From an uncultured delta proteobacterium (GTDB lineage Bacteria; Myxococcota_A; UBA9160; SZUA-336): a stretch of 64,000 bases of DNA. The translations under genes were made by a program, and so were the position numbers. The notes under the pieces were generated by a model. It searched no databases. It had not been told where the DNA came from and was given only the letters and a program-made list of their open reading frames with translations. Shown here in pieces: positions 49,565 through 62,169 of this stretch (position 1 is its first letter; every line of letters starts with the position of its first letter). The stretch spans positions 32,001 through 96,000 of the forward strand of contig CAVPHD010000007.1 in assembly GCA_963704165.1 (NCBI GenBank), given 5' to 3'.

Positions 49565-50368
49565 ATGAAGGGGGTCGAGCACTTGATCAAGGCGGATGCA
49601 CTGACCAAGCGCTACGGAGGACTCACCGCGATCCGCGGTGTCTCGTTCGAGATCGCCAGGTCCGAGGTCGTCGGGTTTCTCGGTCCGAACGGGGCCGGAA
49701 AGACGACCACGATGCGAATCCTCACGGGCTACCTGCCGCCGAGCGAGGGTCGAGCGATCGTCGGTGGGTTCGATCTCGCGCGCGATCCGAACGCCGCCAA
49801 GCGCGTGACCGGCTACCTGCCCGAGTCGCCACCGCTCTATCCGGAGATGCGGGTCTGCGACTACGTGCGCTACGTCGCCACGCTTCACGACGTGCCGCGC
49901 GCGCTGCGAGCCGCCAAGGTCGAGCGCGCGATCCACTCCTGCGGTCTCGACTCGGTCGCGAGTCGGGTGATCCGGACGCTCTCGAAGGGCTACCGACAGC
50001 GGGTCGGGCTCGCACAGGCGATCGTCCACGATCCCGAAGTCCTGATTCTCGACGAGCCGACCTCGGGCCTCGACCCGATCCAGATCGCCGAGATCCGCGA
50101 CCTGATCCGGCGGCTCGCCAGCGAGGAGGGGCGCACCGTCATCCTCTCGACGCACATCCTCGCGGAGGTCGAGGCCATCTGTCAGCGCGTGCTCCTGATC
50201 GCGTACGGCCAGCTCCGCGTCGATGCGCGTCTGGACGCGTTGCGAGAGCAGGGCTCGCTCGAGCAGGTCTTCGTGCGCGAGGTCGAAGCGGCTGCGAGCC
50301 GCGACGCGAAGGCCGCGGTTTCCGCCGCCGCCGCTGCGGTCGCCGCCGTCGCGGAGGGGCAGCCGTGA
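49565..50368 (+). CDS. ABC-2 ATPase (GldA-like)
   Basis: GPNGAGKTT, LSKGYRQRVG, DEPT. Confidence 0.88.
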   Translation: MKGVEHLIKADALTKRYGGLTAIRGVSFEIARSEVVGFLGPNGAGKTTTMRILTGYLPPSEGRAIVGGFDLARDPNAAKRVTGYLPESPPLYPEMRVCDYVRYVATLHDVPRALRAAKVERAIHSCGLDSVASRVIRTLSKGYRQRVGLAQAIVHDPEVLILDEPTSGLDPIQIAEIRDLIRRLASEEGRTVILSTHILAEVEAICQRVLLIAYGQLRVDARLDALREQGSLEQVFVREVEAAASRDAKAAVSAAAAAVAAVAEGQP

Positions 50369-51141
50369 GTCACGTCCTCGCCATCGCCGGCCGCGAGCTG
50401 CGCTCGATCTTCGCGACGCCCGTCGCCTACGTGCTGATCGCGGTCTACATGCTCTTTGCCGGGTTCGTCTTCTTCGCGAGCCTCGGAATGTTCCTCGTGC
50501 AGCTCGAGCAGATCCAGGCGCTCGGCATGACGCACCTTCTCGAACAGTGGAGCCTGCAGACCGTCGTCGTCTCGCAGTCCTTCTCGACCTTCGCGATCTT
50601 CCTCGCGTTCGTCGTGCCGCTGCTCGCGATGCGCGCCTTCGCCGAAGAGCGCGCCACCGGCTCGATCGAGCTGCTGCTGACCAGCCCCGTCACCAGCACG
50701 CAGATCGTGCTCGGGAAATTCCTGGCGATCGCGGCGTTGCTCGCACTGGTCACGGTGCTCACGGCGCTCTACCCGTTGCTGCTCTTCGCCTACGGCGATC
50801 CGGAACTCTGGCAGACGCTCGCCGGGCTGCAGACGCTGCTCCTGTACTCGCTGACGCTCGCGGCTCTGTGCTGCTTCATCTCGGCGCTCACGCGCAGCCA
50901 GATCGTCGCGGGCCTGGTCGGCGTCGCCGCGGCGCTGGTGCTGCTGCTGATCCCGTTCGCGGCCGAGAGCTCGCAGAGCGAGACGATGAAGGCGGTGCTG
51001 CGCTGGCTCGGCACGAGCACGCACTACGAAGCGGGGCTCGCGGGCGACGTGCGCTCCGAGGATCTCGCGTACTTCGGACTCACGATCTTCTCGTCGCTGG
51101 CGCTCGCGCGCGCCGCGGTCGACTCGTTGCGCTGGAGGTAG
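50365..51141 (+). CDS. ABC-2 permease (GldF-like)
   Basis: F.TPVAY, MRAFAEERATGSIELLLT. Confidence 0.85.
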   Translation: MSHVLAIAGRELRSIFATPVAYVLIAVYMLFAGFVFFASLGMFLVQLEQIQALGMTHLLEQWSLQTVVVSQSFSTFAIFLAFVVPLLAMRAFAEERATGSIELLLTSPVTSTQIVLGKFLAIAALLALVTVLTALYPLLLFAYGDPELWQTLAGLQTLLLYSLTLAALCCFISALTRSQIVAGLVGVAAALVLLLIPFAAESSQSETMKAVLRWLGTSTHYEAGLAGDVRSEDLAYFGLTIFSSLALARAAVDSLRWR

Positions 51142-51148
51142 GACGGCG

Positions 51149-52684
51149 ATGGAGACGCTGCTCGCAATCCTCGGGACCATCCTCACCGGCTTCGGTCTGT
51201 TCGGGCTCTTCGCGGCGGCGTCGACGCCGATCGTCGGCTTGCACCTCGTGCTCGGCCTCGGGCTTCTCGCCTACGCGGGGTTGCGCAGCGCGGGGAGGGC
51301 CGCGGATCTCTTCGGATCTTCGACCGCGCGGGGCGGCGCGAACGTGCTCGTCCAGACGGTTCTCGTGCTCGCGATCACGGGAGCCCTCGCCTGGCTCTCG
51401 ATGCGCCATCCCGTCCACTGGGACTGGACCGAGGCGCAGGCGCATTCGCTCACGCAGGGAACGGTGGACGTTCTCGCGGCGATTCCCGAGGACGGCCTCG
51501 TCGAGGTCTACGCGTTCTACACGCGCGGAGCGGAACGCCCCGCCAAGCAGGAGCTCGACAAGTACGAGTACGTGAGTCCGCGGGTGAAGGTGAGCTACTT
51601 CGATCCGAACGAGAGACCCGATCTCGCGCACAGGTTCGAGGTCACCAATCGCGAGGGCGTGATCGTCGTCTGCGATGGTCCGTGCGAATCCGCCAAGGGA
51701 ACGGTCAAGGCCGTCGACGTCAGCGAGCAGTCGCTCACGCGCGCCATACGCCAGGCGGTGTCGACCAAGAAGAAGATCTACTTCCTGAAGGGTCACGGCG
51801 AGGCGGGGCCGAACGACGACAAGGGTCCCGGCGCGTCGTCGGTGCGCAGCGGGCTCGAGGACGAGAACGTCACCGTCGCCGAGATCCTGCTCGCGAACGA
51901 GGCCGCCGTGCCGGCAGATGCGGATGCGGTGATCGTCGCTGGCCCCGATCACGCGCTGCAGGACCGGGAGCTCGAGCTGCTCGATCAGTACCTGCAAGCC
52001 GGCGGTTCCCTGCTCGTGGCGGCCGATCCGACCCTGAACACGAACCTCGAGGGGCAGCTCGCGAAATGGGGCATCGAGCTCGGATCCGAGATCGTCGTCG
52101 AGCAGCAGCTCCAGCTCTTCGCCGGCCCCCAGCTCGGGGTGCAGCCGGTGGTGCAGACCTACGGAGCGCATCCGATCACCGACAAGCTCCAGGGCAATCC
52201 GACCCTCTTCCGGCTGGCACGGCCGGTTCGCAAGGCGGAGGGTGCGGACGTCGTGCTCACCGAGCTCGCGATCACGAGCGCGCAGAGCTGGGGCGAGAGC
52301 GATACCGCGGGTCTTCTGGCGTCCGAGCCGGTCGGGCTCGATCCGGAGAAGGACCGGGCCGGGCCGCTCGCGATTGCCGTCGCGCGCGAGTGGAGTCCGC
52401 CCGAGGGCAAGACCCGCGGCGGGCGATTGGTCGTCGTCGGAGATTCCGACTTCATGCGCAACCGCTACGTCACGCAGTTCTACAACGGCGATTTCTTCCT
52501 GAACGCCGCGAGCTGGCTCACAGGATCGGAGGAGTTCGCGACGATCGATCGCAAACGGCCGCGCGTGGCTTCGGTGAACATGACGCTGGAGCAGTTCGCC
52601 GACTTCCGTTTCCTGGCGCTCTTCGCGCTGCCCGAGGCGATTCTCCTGCTCGGCGTCGTGAGCTGGTGGCGCCGGCGGACCTGA
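51149..52684 (+). CDS. GldG-family ABC accessory protein
   Basis: N-terminal TMs, DWT....SL, IYFLKGHGE, VVGDSDF, C-terminal TM + WWRRR. Confidence 0.85.
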   Translation: METLLAILGTILTGFGLFGLFAAASTPIVGLHLVLGLGLLAYAGLRSAGRAADLFGSSTARGGANVLVQTVLVLAITGALAWLSMRHPVHWDWTEAQAHSLTQGTVDVLAAIPEDGLVEVYAFYTRGAERPAKQELDKYEYVSPRVKVSYFDPNERPDLAHRFEVTNREGVIVVCDGPCESAKGTVKAVDVSEQSLTRAIRQAVSTKKKIYFLKGHGEAGPNDDKGPGASSVRSGLEDENVTVAEILLANEAAVPADADAVIVAGPDHALQDRELELLDQYLQAGGSLLVAADPTLNTNLEGQLAKWGIELGSEIVVEQQLQLFAGPQLGVQPVVQTYGAHPITDKLQGNPTLFRLARPVRKAEGADVVLTELAITSAQSWGESDTAGLLASEPVGLDPEKDRAGPLAIAVAREWSPPEGKTRGGRLVVVGDSDFMRNRYVTQFYNGDFFLNAASWLTGSEEFATIDRKRPRVASVNMTLEQFADFRFLALFALPEAILLLGVVSWWRRRT

Positions 52685-52685
52685 C

Positions 52686-54065
52686 GTGAGCCTGCGCGGA
52701 ACGCTCGTTCTCCTCGTCGTCGCGCTCGCCATCGGTGGCTACCTGTGGTTCTTCGAGATCCGTGGTGCCGAGCAGAAGGCGGAGATGGAAGCGGCGGCGC
52801 GCGTCATCTTCGCGCTCGACCCTGCGAGCGCGACGGGCCTCGAGCTCGAGACCTCCGATGGCTCGACGGCGGTGTTGGAGCGCGCCGACGCAAGCGCCTC
52901 GACGCCGGGCTGGCGCCTGAAGGCGCCGGTCGACTACCCCGCCGACGTCGACGCGGTCGATCGCGCGCTGCGCGCGCTCGAGAAGCTCGCCTCGACGGCG
53001 ACGATCGAGGCGCGCCCCGACGATCTCGAGCCGTTCGGTCTCGGTGCGACCCGGAAGCACGTGACGGTGAAGTCGAGCGACGGCGAGCCGCGAACGCTCT
53101 ACCTCGGTGGAAACACTCCCGTCGCGGGAGGGCGCTACGTCGAGCTCGCGGAAGACGGGAAGCGGCTCTTCGTGGTGTCCGCAGGATCGCTCGGAGGACT
53201 CACGCCCGGGCTCGTCGAGCTTCGCGACAAGCGCCTCGTTCGTGTCCCACCGCGCGAGGTCGAAGAGCTCGCGATTCGTGCGGGAGGGGCGCTGATCGTG
53301 CGGGCGAAGAAGGTCGACGGAGAGTGGGCGTTGGTCGAGCCCGAGGCCGCACCGGCCGACGAGGAGAAGATCCGGCGCGTTCTCGACGACCTGGCTCTCG
53401 CGCGTGCGAGCGCATTCGAGGACTCGCCGGGTCCGCGCGCGAGCTACGGTCTCGAGAGCCCGTCCGTCGAGATCGAGGCGCGCGCGGGGACGGTCGAGGA
53501 GCGGCTCCTCCTTGCGGAGGTCGAATCCAAGCACTGGCTCGAGCGCGTCGGCGATCCGGTGATCCTCGCGGTGAACGAACGCGTGAGCACGAGCATCCCT
53601 CGCGAGTTCTTCGCCTACCGCGCGAAGCGCGTGCTGACGCTCGATGTCGAGCAGGTGCATTCGCTCGAGATCGGCTTTCCGCGCGAAGGCCAGACGCACC
53701 GGTTGATCCGCGAGGGCGAGGTATGGAAGGCCGAACGCGATGGCCTCGAGCTGAAGCCGCTCGAGGTCGAGGACCTGCTCTACGCGCTCGCCGATCTCGA
53801 TGCGACCGGCCTCGAGGGAACGAGTCCCGATCGGACGCAGATCGGGCTCGAGCCGGCCCTCGCGAAGATCGCCGCGTTCGACGAGAAGAACGCGCTGCTC
53901 GGAGAGATCGCATTCGGCGATCCGCATCCCGAGCGCGGACTTCCCGCGCTCTCGTCGCAGAGCCCGCTCATCTGGCGCGTCAGCAACGACATCGGACGCG
54001 ACGTTCCGCTCTCGCCCGAGGCCTTCTCGAACCTGCTCTTGAAGTCGGCGCCCGCTAGCCCCTGA
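52686..54065 (+). CDS. DUF4340-domain protein
   Basis: N-terminal anchor, repeated W.L..P...AD / FGL units, LRDKRL; follows the GldG-like gene. Confidence 0.75.
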   Translation: MSLRGTLVLLVVALAIGGYLWFFEIRGAEQKAEMEAAARVIFALDPASATGLELETSDGSTAVLERADASASTPGWRLKAPVDYPADVDAVDRALRALEKLASTATIEARPDDLEPFGLGATRKHVTVKSSDGEPRTLYLGGNTPVAGGRYVELAEDGKRLFVVSAGSLGGLTPGLVELRDKRLVRVPPREVEELAIRAGGALIVRAKKVDGEWALVEPEAAPADEEKIRRVLDDLALARASAFEDSPGPRASYGLESPSVEIEARAGTVEERLLLAEVESKHWLERVGDPVILAVNERVSTSIPREFFAYRAKRVLTLDVEQVHSLEIGFPREGQTHRLIREGEVWKAERDGLELKPLEVEDLLYALADLDATGLEGTSPDRTQIGLEPALAKIAAFDEKNALLGEIAFGDPHPERGLPALSSQSPLIWRVSNDIGRDVPLSPEAFSNLLLKSAPASP

Positions 54066-54824
54066 GCACGGCGAGCATCGCCTCGTGCACCACGCCGTTG
54101 CTCGCGACGACGCGCGCTCCCGACGAGGGCGGAGGGCCGCCGTCGAAGTCGCTCGTGCGTCCGCCCGCTTCTTCGACGAGCAGAAGTCCCGCGGCGACAT
54201 CCCAGGCTGCCAGGTGGAGCTCCCAGTAGCCTTCGAAGCGGCCGCACGCGACGTAGGCGAAGTCGAGCGCGGCCGAACCCGCACGCCGGATCGCCTGCGC
54301 AGTCGACACGAAGCGCTCGAAGTACTCGAGGTTCGGCGTTCGCCGGGTATGCACGTCGTAGGCGAAGCCGGTGGCGAGCAGCGAGCGACGCAGCTCGCCG
54401 ATCTTCGAGACTCGGATCGGTGTCCCGTTCAGGCTCGCGCCGCGGCCGCGTTCGGCGGAGAAGGTTTCGTCGCGCATCGGATCGTGCACCACGCCGACTT
54501 CGCGCTGGCCATCGACTTCGACACCGATCGAGATCGAGAAGTGCGGGAACGCGTGCGCGTAGTTCGTCGTGCCGTCGAGCGGATCGACGATCCACCGCAC
54601 GCCGCTCGATCCCTCGTGCGCGCGGTTCTCTTCGGTGACGAGGCCGTCGCGAGGCCGCGACGCGAGGATGCGCTCGCGCACGAGCGCGTCGAGGGCGTGA
54701 TCGACGTCGGTGACCAGGTCGATCTCGCTCGACTTCGTGGCGATCGTTCGCGGCTCGTGGAATCGCGCGCGCGCGATCGAGCCGGCTTCGCGTGCGATCG
54801 AGGTCGCGAGCGCGAGCAGCTCGC

Positions 54825-54828
<4 letters not shown>
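54055..54828 (-). CDS. suhB: Inositol monophosphatase
   Basis: DLVT, WIVDPLDGTTNY, GSAALD, WDVAAG. Confidence 0.9.
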
Positions 54829-57170
<2,342 letters not shown>

Positions 57171-58133
57171 CTAGGCTCTCGCGCGCAGGTCGAGCAGGAG
57201 TCCCTCGACCACCAGCTGCGGGTTCAGATTCCGGCGCGCCAGCTCGCTGCGAGCCTTCGAAGCGGCTTCGAAGACGTCGAGCCAGCGCTCCAGCCCGCTG
57301 GCATCACTCGACCGAGCCGCGGCCTCTGCGTGCGTGCGCGCGAACGCCGCTTCGACCTCGAGGAAGAGCTGCGCGCGATCGCGGCCCGCTTCGCCCGGCC
57401 GCCGAAAGGATTCGGCGAAGTCGAGGATCTCGGTCGTTCCGACCCCGGCGATTCCGGACAGGAACGCGTGCATCTCGCGCGCGGCTTCGAGCGACGCATC
57501 GGCCCAGCTGCGCGCTGCCTCCGGGCTCGCGCCGCCGAGCGCGCTCGCGAGTGCGGCATCGGCTTCGGGAAGTCCGTCGGCTTCGAGCGCGGCGCGCACC
57601 TCCGGCTCGGCGAACGGCGCGAATCGCACTCGGAGTGTTCGCGAGCGAAGCGTGTGCGGCAGGGCCTGGGCGCTCGGCGTGACCAGGATCAGAACCGCGC
57701 CCGGCGGCGGCTCCTCGAGTGTCTTCAGAAGGGCGTTCGCGGACTCGGCGCGAAGCCGGTCGGCCTCGGGGATCAGGGCGACCCGGCGACCGCGTTCGTT
57801 GGACACGAGCGACAACGCCGCCCGGAGGTCGCGCACCGCCTCGATCTTGATGCGCGCACCGTCCGCGACCACCCAGTGCAGATCGGGGTGGCTCGGGCGC
57901 GCGTCGGGCGACTCGCCGTGCACTTGCAGCAGGTGGCAATCGTGACAGGCGCCACACGGATCGACCGCACCCGGGCCGACCTCTTTGCACAGGAGGAGCC
58001 GCGCGAACCAAAGGGCCGTCTCACGCTTTCCCGTGCCCGGCGGACCCTCGAAGAGGTACGCGCCGTGGACGTGGCCGCTCGCTCGCGCGCGTGCGAGCTC
58101 GGCTCGGATCCGGTTCGTGTCGGTGCCGGTCAT
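57171..58133 (-). CDS. holB: DNA polymerase III delta' subunit
   Basis: GPPGTGK, C..C..C, HPDL, ANALLKTLEEPP; holB-metG-tatD context. Confidence 0.9.
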   Translation of the reverse strand: MTGTDTNRIRAELARARASGHVHGAYLFEGPPGTGKRETALWFARLLLCKEVGPGAVDPCGACHDCHLLQVHGESPDARPSHPDLHWVVADGARIKIEAVRDLRAALSLVSNERGRRVALIPEADRLRAESANALLKTLEEPPPGAVLILVTPSAQALPHTLRSRTLRVRFAPFAEPEVRAALEADGLPEADAALASALGGASPEAARSWADASLEAAREMHAFLSGIAGVGTTEILDFAESFRRPGEAGRDRAQLFLEVEAAFARTHAEAAARSSDASGLERWLDVFEAASKARSELARRNLNPQLVVEGLLLDLRARA

Positions 58134-58239
58134 CAGCGAGCGGCAGGATAGCGCCGGATCCACGGGAGATCTCAAGCGAACCCGTGATCGATCCGATCTG
58201 CAAAAACGGAGCTCCGGACGGAGCAGGAGTAGGGGCGGA

Positions 58240-58680
58240 ATGGCGTTCAAGGACTTCGGCAAGGGCAAGGACGGCGGAGCGATCGCTCCCGCCAGTGGCG
58301 GTGTTGGCGCGCTCACGGCGTTCATCGATCAGGGCTCCGAGTTCTCCGGCAAGCTCAGCTTCAAGGACACGGTTCGGATCGACGGACGCTTCGAGGGCGA
58401 GATCTCGAGCGAGAACACGCTGATCGTCGGCGAGACCGGCTCGATCACCGCGACGATCCGCTCGAAGACGATCGTGATCTCGGGCGAGGTGCACGGCCAG
58501 ATCAGCGCCAGTGGCCAGGTCGTCCTGCACAAGACCGCACGCGTCGACGGAGACATAAATACCTCGAGCCTGGTCGTCGAGGACGGCGCCGTCTTCACGG
58601 GTCGGGTCGAGATGAAGGATTCGAAGGAGAAGGCCACCCGGCCGACCTCTCCGCCGGCCAAGGACGTCGCGAAGAGCTAG
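58240..58680 (+). CDS. Bactofilin (polymer-forming cytoskeletal protein)
   Basis: Beta-helix repeats FSGKL..VRIDG..GEI...V.GDI...GAVFTG. Confidence 0.9.
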   Translation: MAFKDFGKGKDGGAIAPASGGVGALTAFIDQGSEFSGKLSFKDTVRIDGRFEGEISSENTLIVGETGSITATIRSKTIVISGEVHGQISASGQVVLHKTARVDGDINTSSLVVEDGAVFTGRVEMKDSKEKATRPTSPPAKDVAKS

Positions 58681-58688
58681 CCCCGGCG

Positions 58689-58970
58689 CTAGGACACCAG
58701 CACCGAGGTCACACCGGGGACGCGCGAGCGCAGCACGGGCTCGAGCACCAGCTTGCGCGTCATCTCGCGCGCCGGACAGCGCGCGCAAGCGCCCTGAAGC
58801 TCGAGCCTCACCGTGCCGTCCTCGCTCACCGCGATCAGCTCGGCGTTGCCACCGTCGGCGACGAGCCCCGGCCGGATGATGTCGAGCGCGCGGCGAACGT
58901 GCTCGGGCTTCGCGATGCGCGAAGCCTCCGCGTTGATCTCCCCGGAGCCATCTCGTAGCCTTGCCGCCAT
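58689..58970 (-). CDS. NifU-C/Nfu-type Fe-S protein
   Basis: IRPGLVADGGNAELI...LQGACARCP; the true start may be ATC 58916. Confidence 0.85.
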   Translation of the reverse strand: MAARLRDGSGEINAEASRIAKPEHVRRALDIIRPGLVADGGNAELIAVSEDGTVRLELQGACARCPAREMTRKLVLEPVLRSRVPGVTSVLVS

Positions 58971-59628
58971 GCGCGTCCGCGTGCTCCTGTTCGCTTCCCT
59001 GCGTGAAGCCGTCGGCCAGAAGCAACTCGACCTTGAGCTTCCCGCGGACTCGACGCTCGCCGAGCTGATCTCGAGGCTCGAGCGCGAGTATGCGGTGCTC
59101 GTGCGCTACCGCGGCCGCTTGCTCGTCAGTCTGAACGAGGAGCGCGCGCCGCTCGAGACGCAGCTCGGTGAGGGCGACGAGATCGCCCTCTTGCCGCCGG
59201 TTTCGGGTGGATCGGACCGCGCGTGGATCGATGCGCAGCCACTCTCGATGGACGCGCTGCTCGCTGAAGTGACGGGTCCGGAGATGGGCGGAGTGGTGAC
59301 GTTCACCGGCATCGTGCGCAACGAGGCGCGCGGATCGGAGATCGATCACCTCGAATACGAGGCGTACGCGCCCATGGCCGAGCGCGAGCTGCGAAAGATC
59401 CACGACGAGGTCGTTGCGCGCTGGCCGCAGGTGCGGCTCGCGTTCGCGCATCGGATCGGGCGTCTCGCGATCGGCGAGGCCGCGGTGATGATCGCGGCCG
59501 CCGCGCCGCATCGGCCCGAGGCGTTCGAGGCGTGTCGCTTCGCGATCGACACGCTCAAGCAGACGGTGCCGATCTGGAAGAAGGAATTCGCGACCAGCGG
59601 CGCCTACTGGGTCGAGGAGAACCCGTGA
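58969..59628 (+). CDS. moaE: Fused molybdopterin synthase MoaD-MoaE
   Basis: LFASLRE...LPPVSGG continues in frame into FTGIVR, LEYEAY, HRIG, PIWKKE. Confidence 0.9.
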   Translation: MRVRVLLFASLREAVGQKQLDLELPADSTLAELISRLEREYAVLVRYRGRLLVSLNEERAPLETQLGEGDEIALLPPVSGGSDRAWIDAQPLSMDALLAEVTGPEMGGVVTFTGIVRNEARGSEIDHLEYEAYAPMAERELRKIHDEVVARWPQVRLAFAHRIGRLAIGEAAVMIAAAAPHRPEAFEACRFAIDTLKQTVPIWKKEFATSGAYWVEENP

Positions 59629-60165
59629 GCGGCGACGCGCCCGCGCAACACCGAGCCTACGCGCCGAAGTCGATCGGCTGCGCCGTCCTGACGGTGAGCG
59701 ACAGCCGCACCGTTGCCGACGACAAGTCCGGAAAGCTGATCGGGGACCTCCTCGAAGCCGCCGGACACCGTGTGATCGCGCACGCGATCGTGCCCGACGA
59801 TGCCGCTCAGATCCGCACGGCGGTCCTGCGGGGCCTCGCGCAGGACGAGGTCGATGCCGTGATCGCCACGGGCGGAACGGGTGTCTCGCCACGCGACGTC
59901 ACCCCCGACATCGCTCGAGCCGATTTTCGAGAAGAGCCTCTCGGGCTTCGGCGAGCTGTTCCGAATGCTCTCGTACGAGGAGATCGGCGCAGCGGCGGTG
60001 CTGTCGCGCGCGACCGCCGGCACCGTTGCGGGCAAGGTCGTCTACGTCATACCGGGTTCCTCCGCCGCGGTCCGGCTCGCCATGCAGAAGCTGATCCTGC
60101 CGGAGCTCGCACACATCGTCGGGCAGCTCCGCCGCGTGGACGCACCGCCTTCAGGGGCTCGGTAG
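59625..60165 (+). CDS. moaB: Molybdenum cofactor biosynthesis protein MoaB/MogA (frameshift ~59910)
   Basis: LTVSD, DKSG, TGGTG.SPRDVT, GFGELFR..S, SRA.AG, PGS. Confidence 0.88.
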
Positions 60166-60184
60166 CGGAGCCGAAAACCCATCG

Positions 60185-61459
60185 GTGGCTGCGTTTGCCC
60201 GCCGGCACCTGGGAATTCTCCTGCTCTTGCTCGTCGTCGCCGTGTTCCTGCCGAACGAGGTGGCGATCTGGGTCGATCGCGAGGGACAGACCTGGCTGAG
60301 CGACCGCGAAGCGCCTCCCCCGGGGGCGCAGCGCGTCTCGCCCGAGGATCTGGCGATCCACTGGAATGGCCGGCACATGGGAGAGCCGCTGCCTCGCGGC
60401 ACGCGCTCGAGCAGCGAGGACGATCGCTATCTCTCGGCGGTGCTCGCCGCCCGCTCGGACGTGGAGCGCGGTGACCTCCAGGCGGGACTGCGCGCGCTTC
60501 GGCGCCTCTTGCGCGAACAACCGACGCGGCCCGAGGCCGCACTCCTGCTCGCACAGGTGGAGCGGCACCGCGGGCGGCTCGAGCCCGCACGCGACGCGCT
60601 CGACGCCATTCTATCGACGGCCAGCCGCGTTCCGGACCGCTGGCGCGACGCGGCCACGCGCGAACGCAGCGAGATCGAGCAGGAGCTCGAGCTCGCGAAG
60701 TCGCACGAGGGGCAGGTCTGGGAGACCCGCTCGCTCGAATCGCGTCACTTCCTCGTCAGCTTCGATCACCAGTTCGCGGGCCGGGCCTATGGTGAACAGG
60801 TCGTCGAGGTGCTCGAGCAGGCGCGTTCGGCGATGCACGCCCAGATGGGCCGCGCGCTCTCTCGACCGCTCGAGGTCCGTCTCTACACGCGCGCGCACTA
60901 CCTCGAGGCCTACCGGCACCGCTTCGGCTTCGCGACCGTCGGCTTCTACGACGGTGCGATCCACGTGGTCTCGGCCAAGCGCCCGCGCAACGAGCTCTAC
61001 GCGCTGCTCGTGCACGAGTACGTGCACGCGCTCTTTCAGGAAGCGACCGGCTCACATCAGCCGTTCTTTCTCAACGAGGGAATCGCCGATCGCGCCGAAG
61101 AGGCGGCCCGCGGGCGAAGTCAGCTCTCGCGCGAGGAGTGGCGACGGCTGGTCGAGGCGCTGCGAAACGACGAATGGATCCCGCTCGGCTCGCTCGTGCA
61201 GGGGTTCTCGGGCCTGAAGGGGGCGCAAGCGCTGCTCGCCTACCTCGAATCGCGGGCGACGATCGAGCTGATCGAGACGCGGCGCCCCGAGGCCATCGCC
61301 GCCTTTCTCGATGCATGCGCGGCCGGCGAGAGCTGGCAGAACGCACTTCGCGCCGCGACGGGCTGGGACACGGCCGAGTTGGAGCGCGCGCTGCAAGAAG
61401 AGGTGCGCTCTCGCTTCGCGGACGATCCGCTCGCTTCGGTCGCCGATCCCCCCTTATGA
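60185..61459 (+). CDS. Exported TPR + gluzincin (peptidase MA-like) metallopeptidase
   Basis: Signal peptide, TPR-like helices, VHEYVH...NEGIA. Confidence 0.78.
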   Translation: MAAFARRHLGILLLLLVVAVFLPNEVAIWVDREGQTWLSDREAPPPGAQRVSPEDLAIHWNGRHMGEPLPRGTRSSSEDDRYLSAVLAARSDVERGDLQAGLRALRRLLREQPTRPEAALLLAQVERHRGRLEPARDALDAILSTASRVPDRWRDAATRERSEIEQELELAKSHEGQVWETRSLESRHFLVSFDHQFAGRAYGEQVVEVLEQARSAMHAQMGRALSRPLEVRLYTRAHYLEAYRHRFGFATVGFYDGAIHVVSAKRPRNELYALLVHEYVHALFQEATGSHQPFFLNEGIADRAEEAARGRSQLSREEWRRLVEALRNDEWIPLGSLVQGFSGLKGAQALLAYLESRATIELIETRRPEAIAAFLDACAAGESWQNALRAATGWDTAELERALQEEVRSRFADDPLASVADPPL

Positions 61460-61481
61460 TCGCACCCCGGAGGTGCGTTCC

Positions 61482-62153
61482 ATGGATCCAGCGCTCGGGA
61501 TCGCGTTGCTCTGGCTCGCGTTCACGGTCACTCACGTCGGCATGTCGAGCTTGCGTCTCCGCCCGCGACTCGTCCGCGTGCTCGGCGACGTGGGATTTCT
61601 CGGCCTGTACTCGGTCGTCGCACTCGCGATCTTCGTACCGCTGATTCGGCTCTACTTCACGAGCAAACACGCGGGAGCGCAGCTCTGGTACCTGCCGCGC
61701 GGACCGCTCCTGACCTGGGCCGTCTACATCGGAATGGGACTGGCCTTCGTGCTGCTCGTCTCGAGCTTCATGCGGCCGAGCCCCGGCGGTGTGGTTCCGG
61801 GCGAGACGACACCCCGTGGTGTCTATCGGATCACGCGCCATCCGATGGTGATGGCGTTCGTCGTCTTCGCGGTCTTCCACCTGCTGCCGAACGGATCGAG
61901 CGCGGATCTCGCGTTCTTCGGCGGCTTTGCGGTCTTCGCGCTGATCGGCGCCGCACATCAGGATCAGCGCAAGCTCGTCGTGGGACCGGCGGGTTACCGG
62001 GAGTTCTACGAGCGCACTCCCTTCCTGCCGTTCACCGGACGCGACACGCTCGCGGGTCTGCGCGAGCTCTCGCCGATCGCCGTCGTCGTGGGAATCCTGC
62101 TCGCCGTCGCGATCTGGTACTTCCACGCGAGCTGGTTCGGCGGAAATCCCTGA
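61482..62153 (+). CDS. NnrU-family membrane protein
   Basis: H..S..LRPRLV, GVYRITRHPM, HLLPNG, TPFLPF; GGAGG RBS. Confidence 0.85.
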   Translation: MDPALGIALLWLAFTVTHVGMSSLRLRPRLVRVLGDVGFLGLYSVVALAIFVPLIRLYFTSKHAGAQLWYLPRGPLLTWAVYIGMGLAFVLLVSSFMRPSPGGVVPGETTPRGVYRITRHPMVMAFVVFAVFHLLPNGSSADLAFFGGFAVFALIGAAHQDQRKLVVGPAGYREFYERTPFLPFTGRDTLAGLRELSPIAVVVGILLAVAIWYFHASWFGGNP

Positions 62154-62169
62154 GGTCTCGCGGAGGCTC

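Noticed and set aside
49565..54065. GldA/F/G-like genes as Bacteroidota-type gliding machinery
   Set aside because: This ABC module with DUF4340 is widespread in non-gliding bacteria, and no GldK-N or T9SS genes are present.
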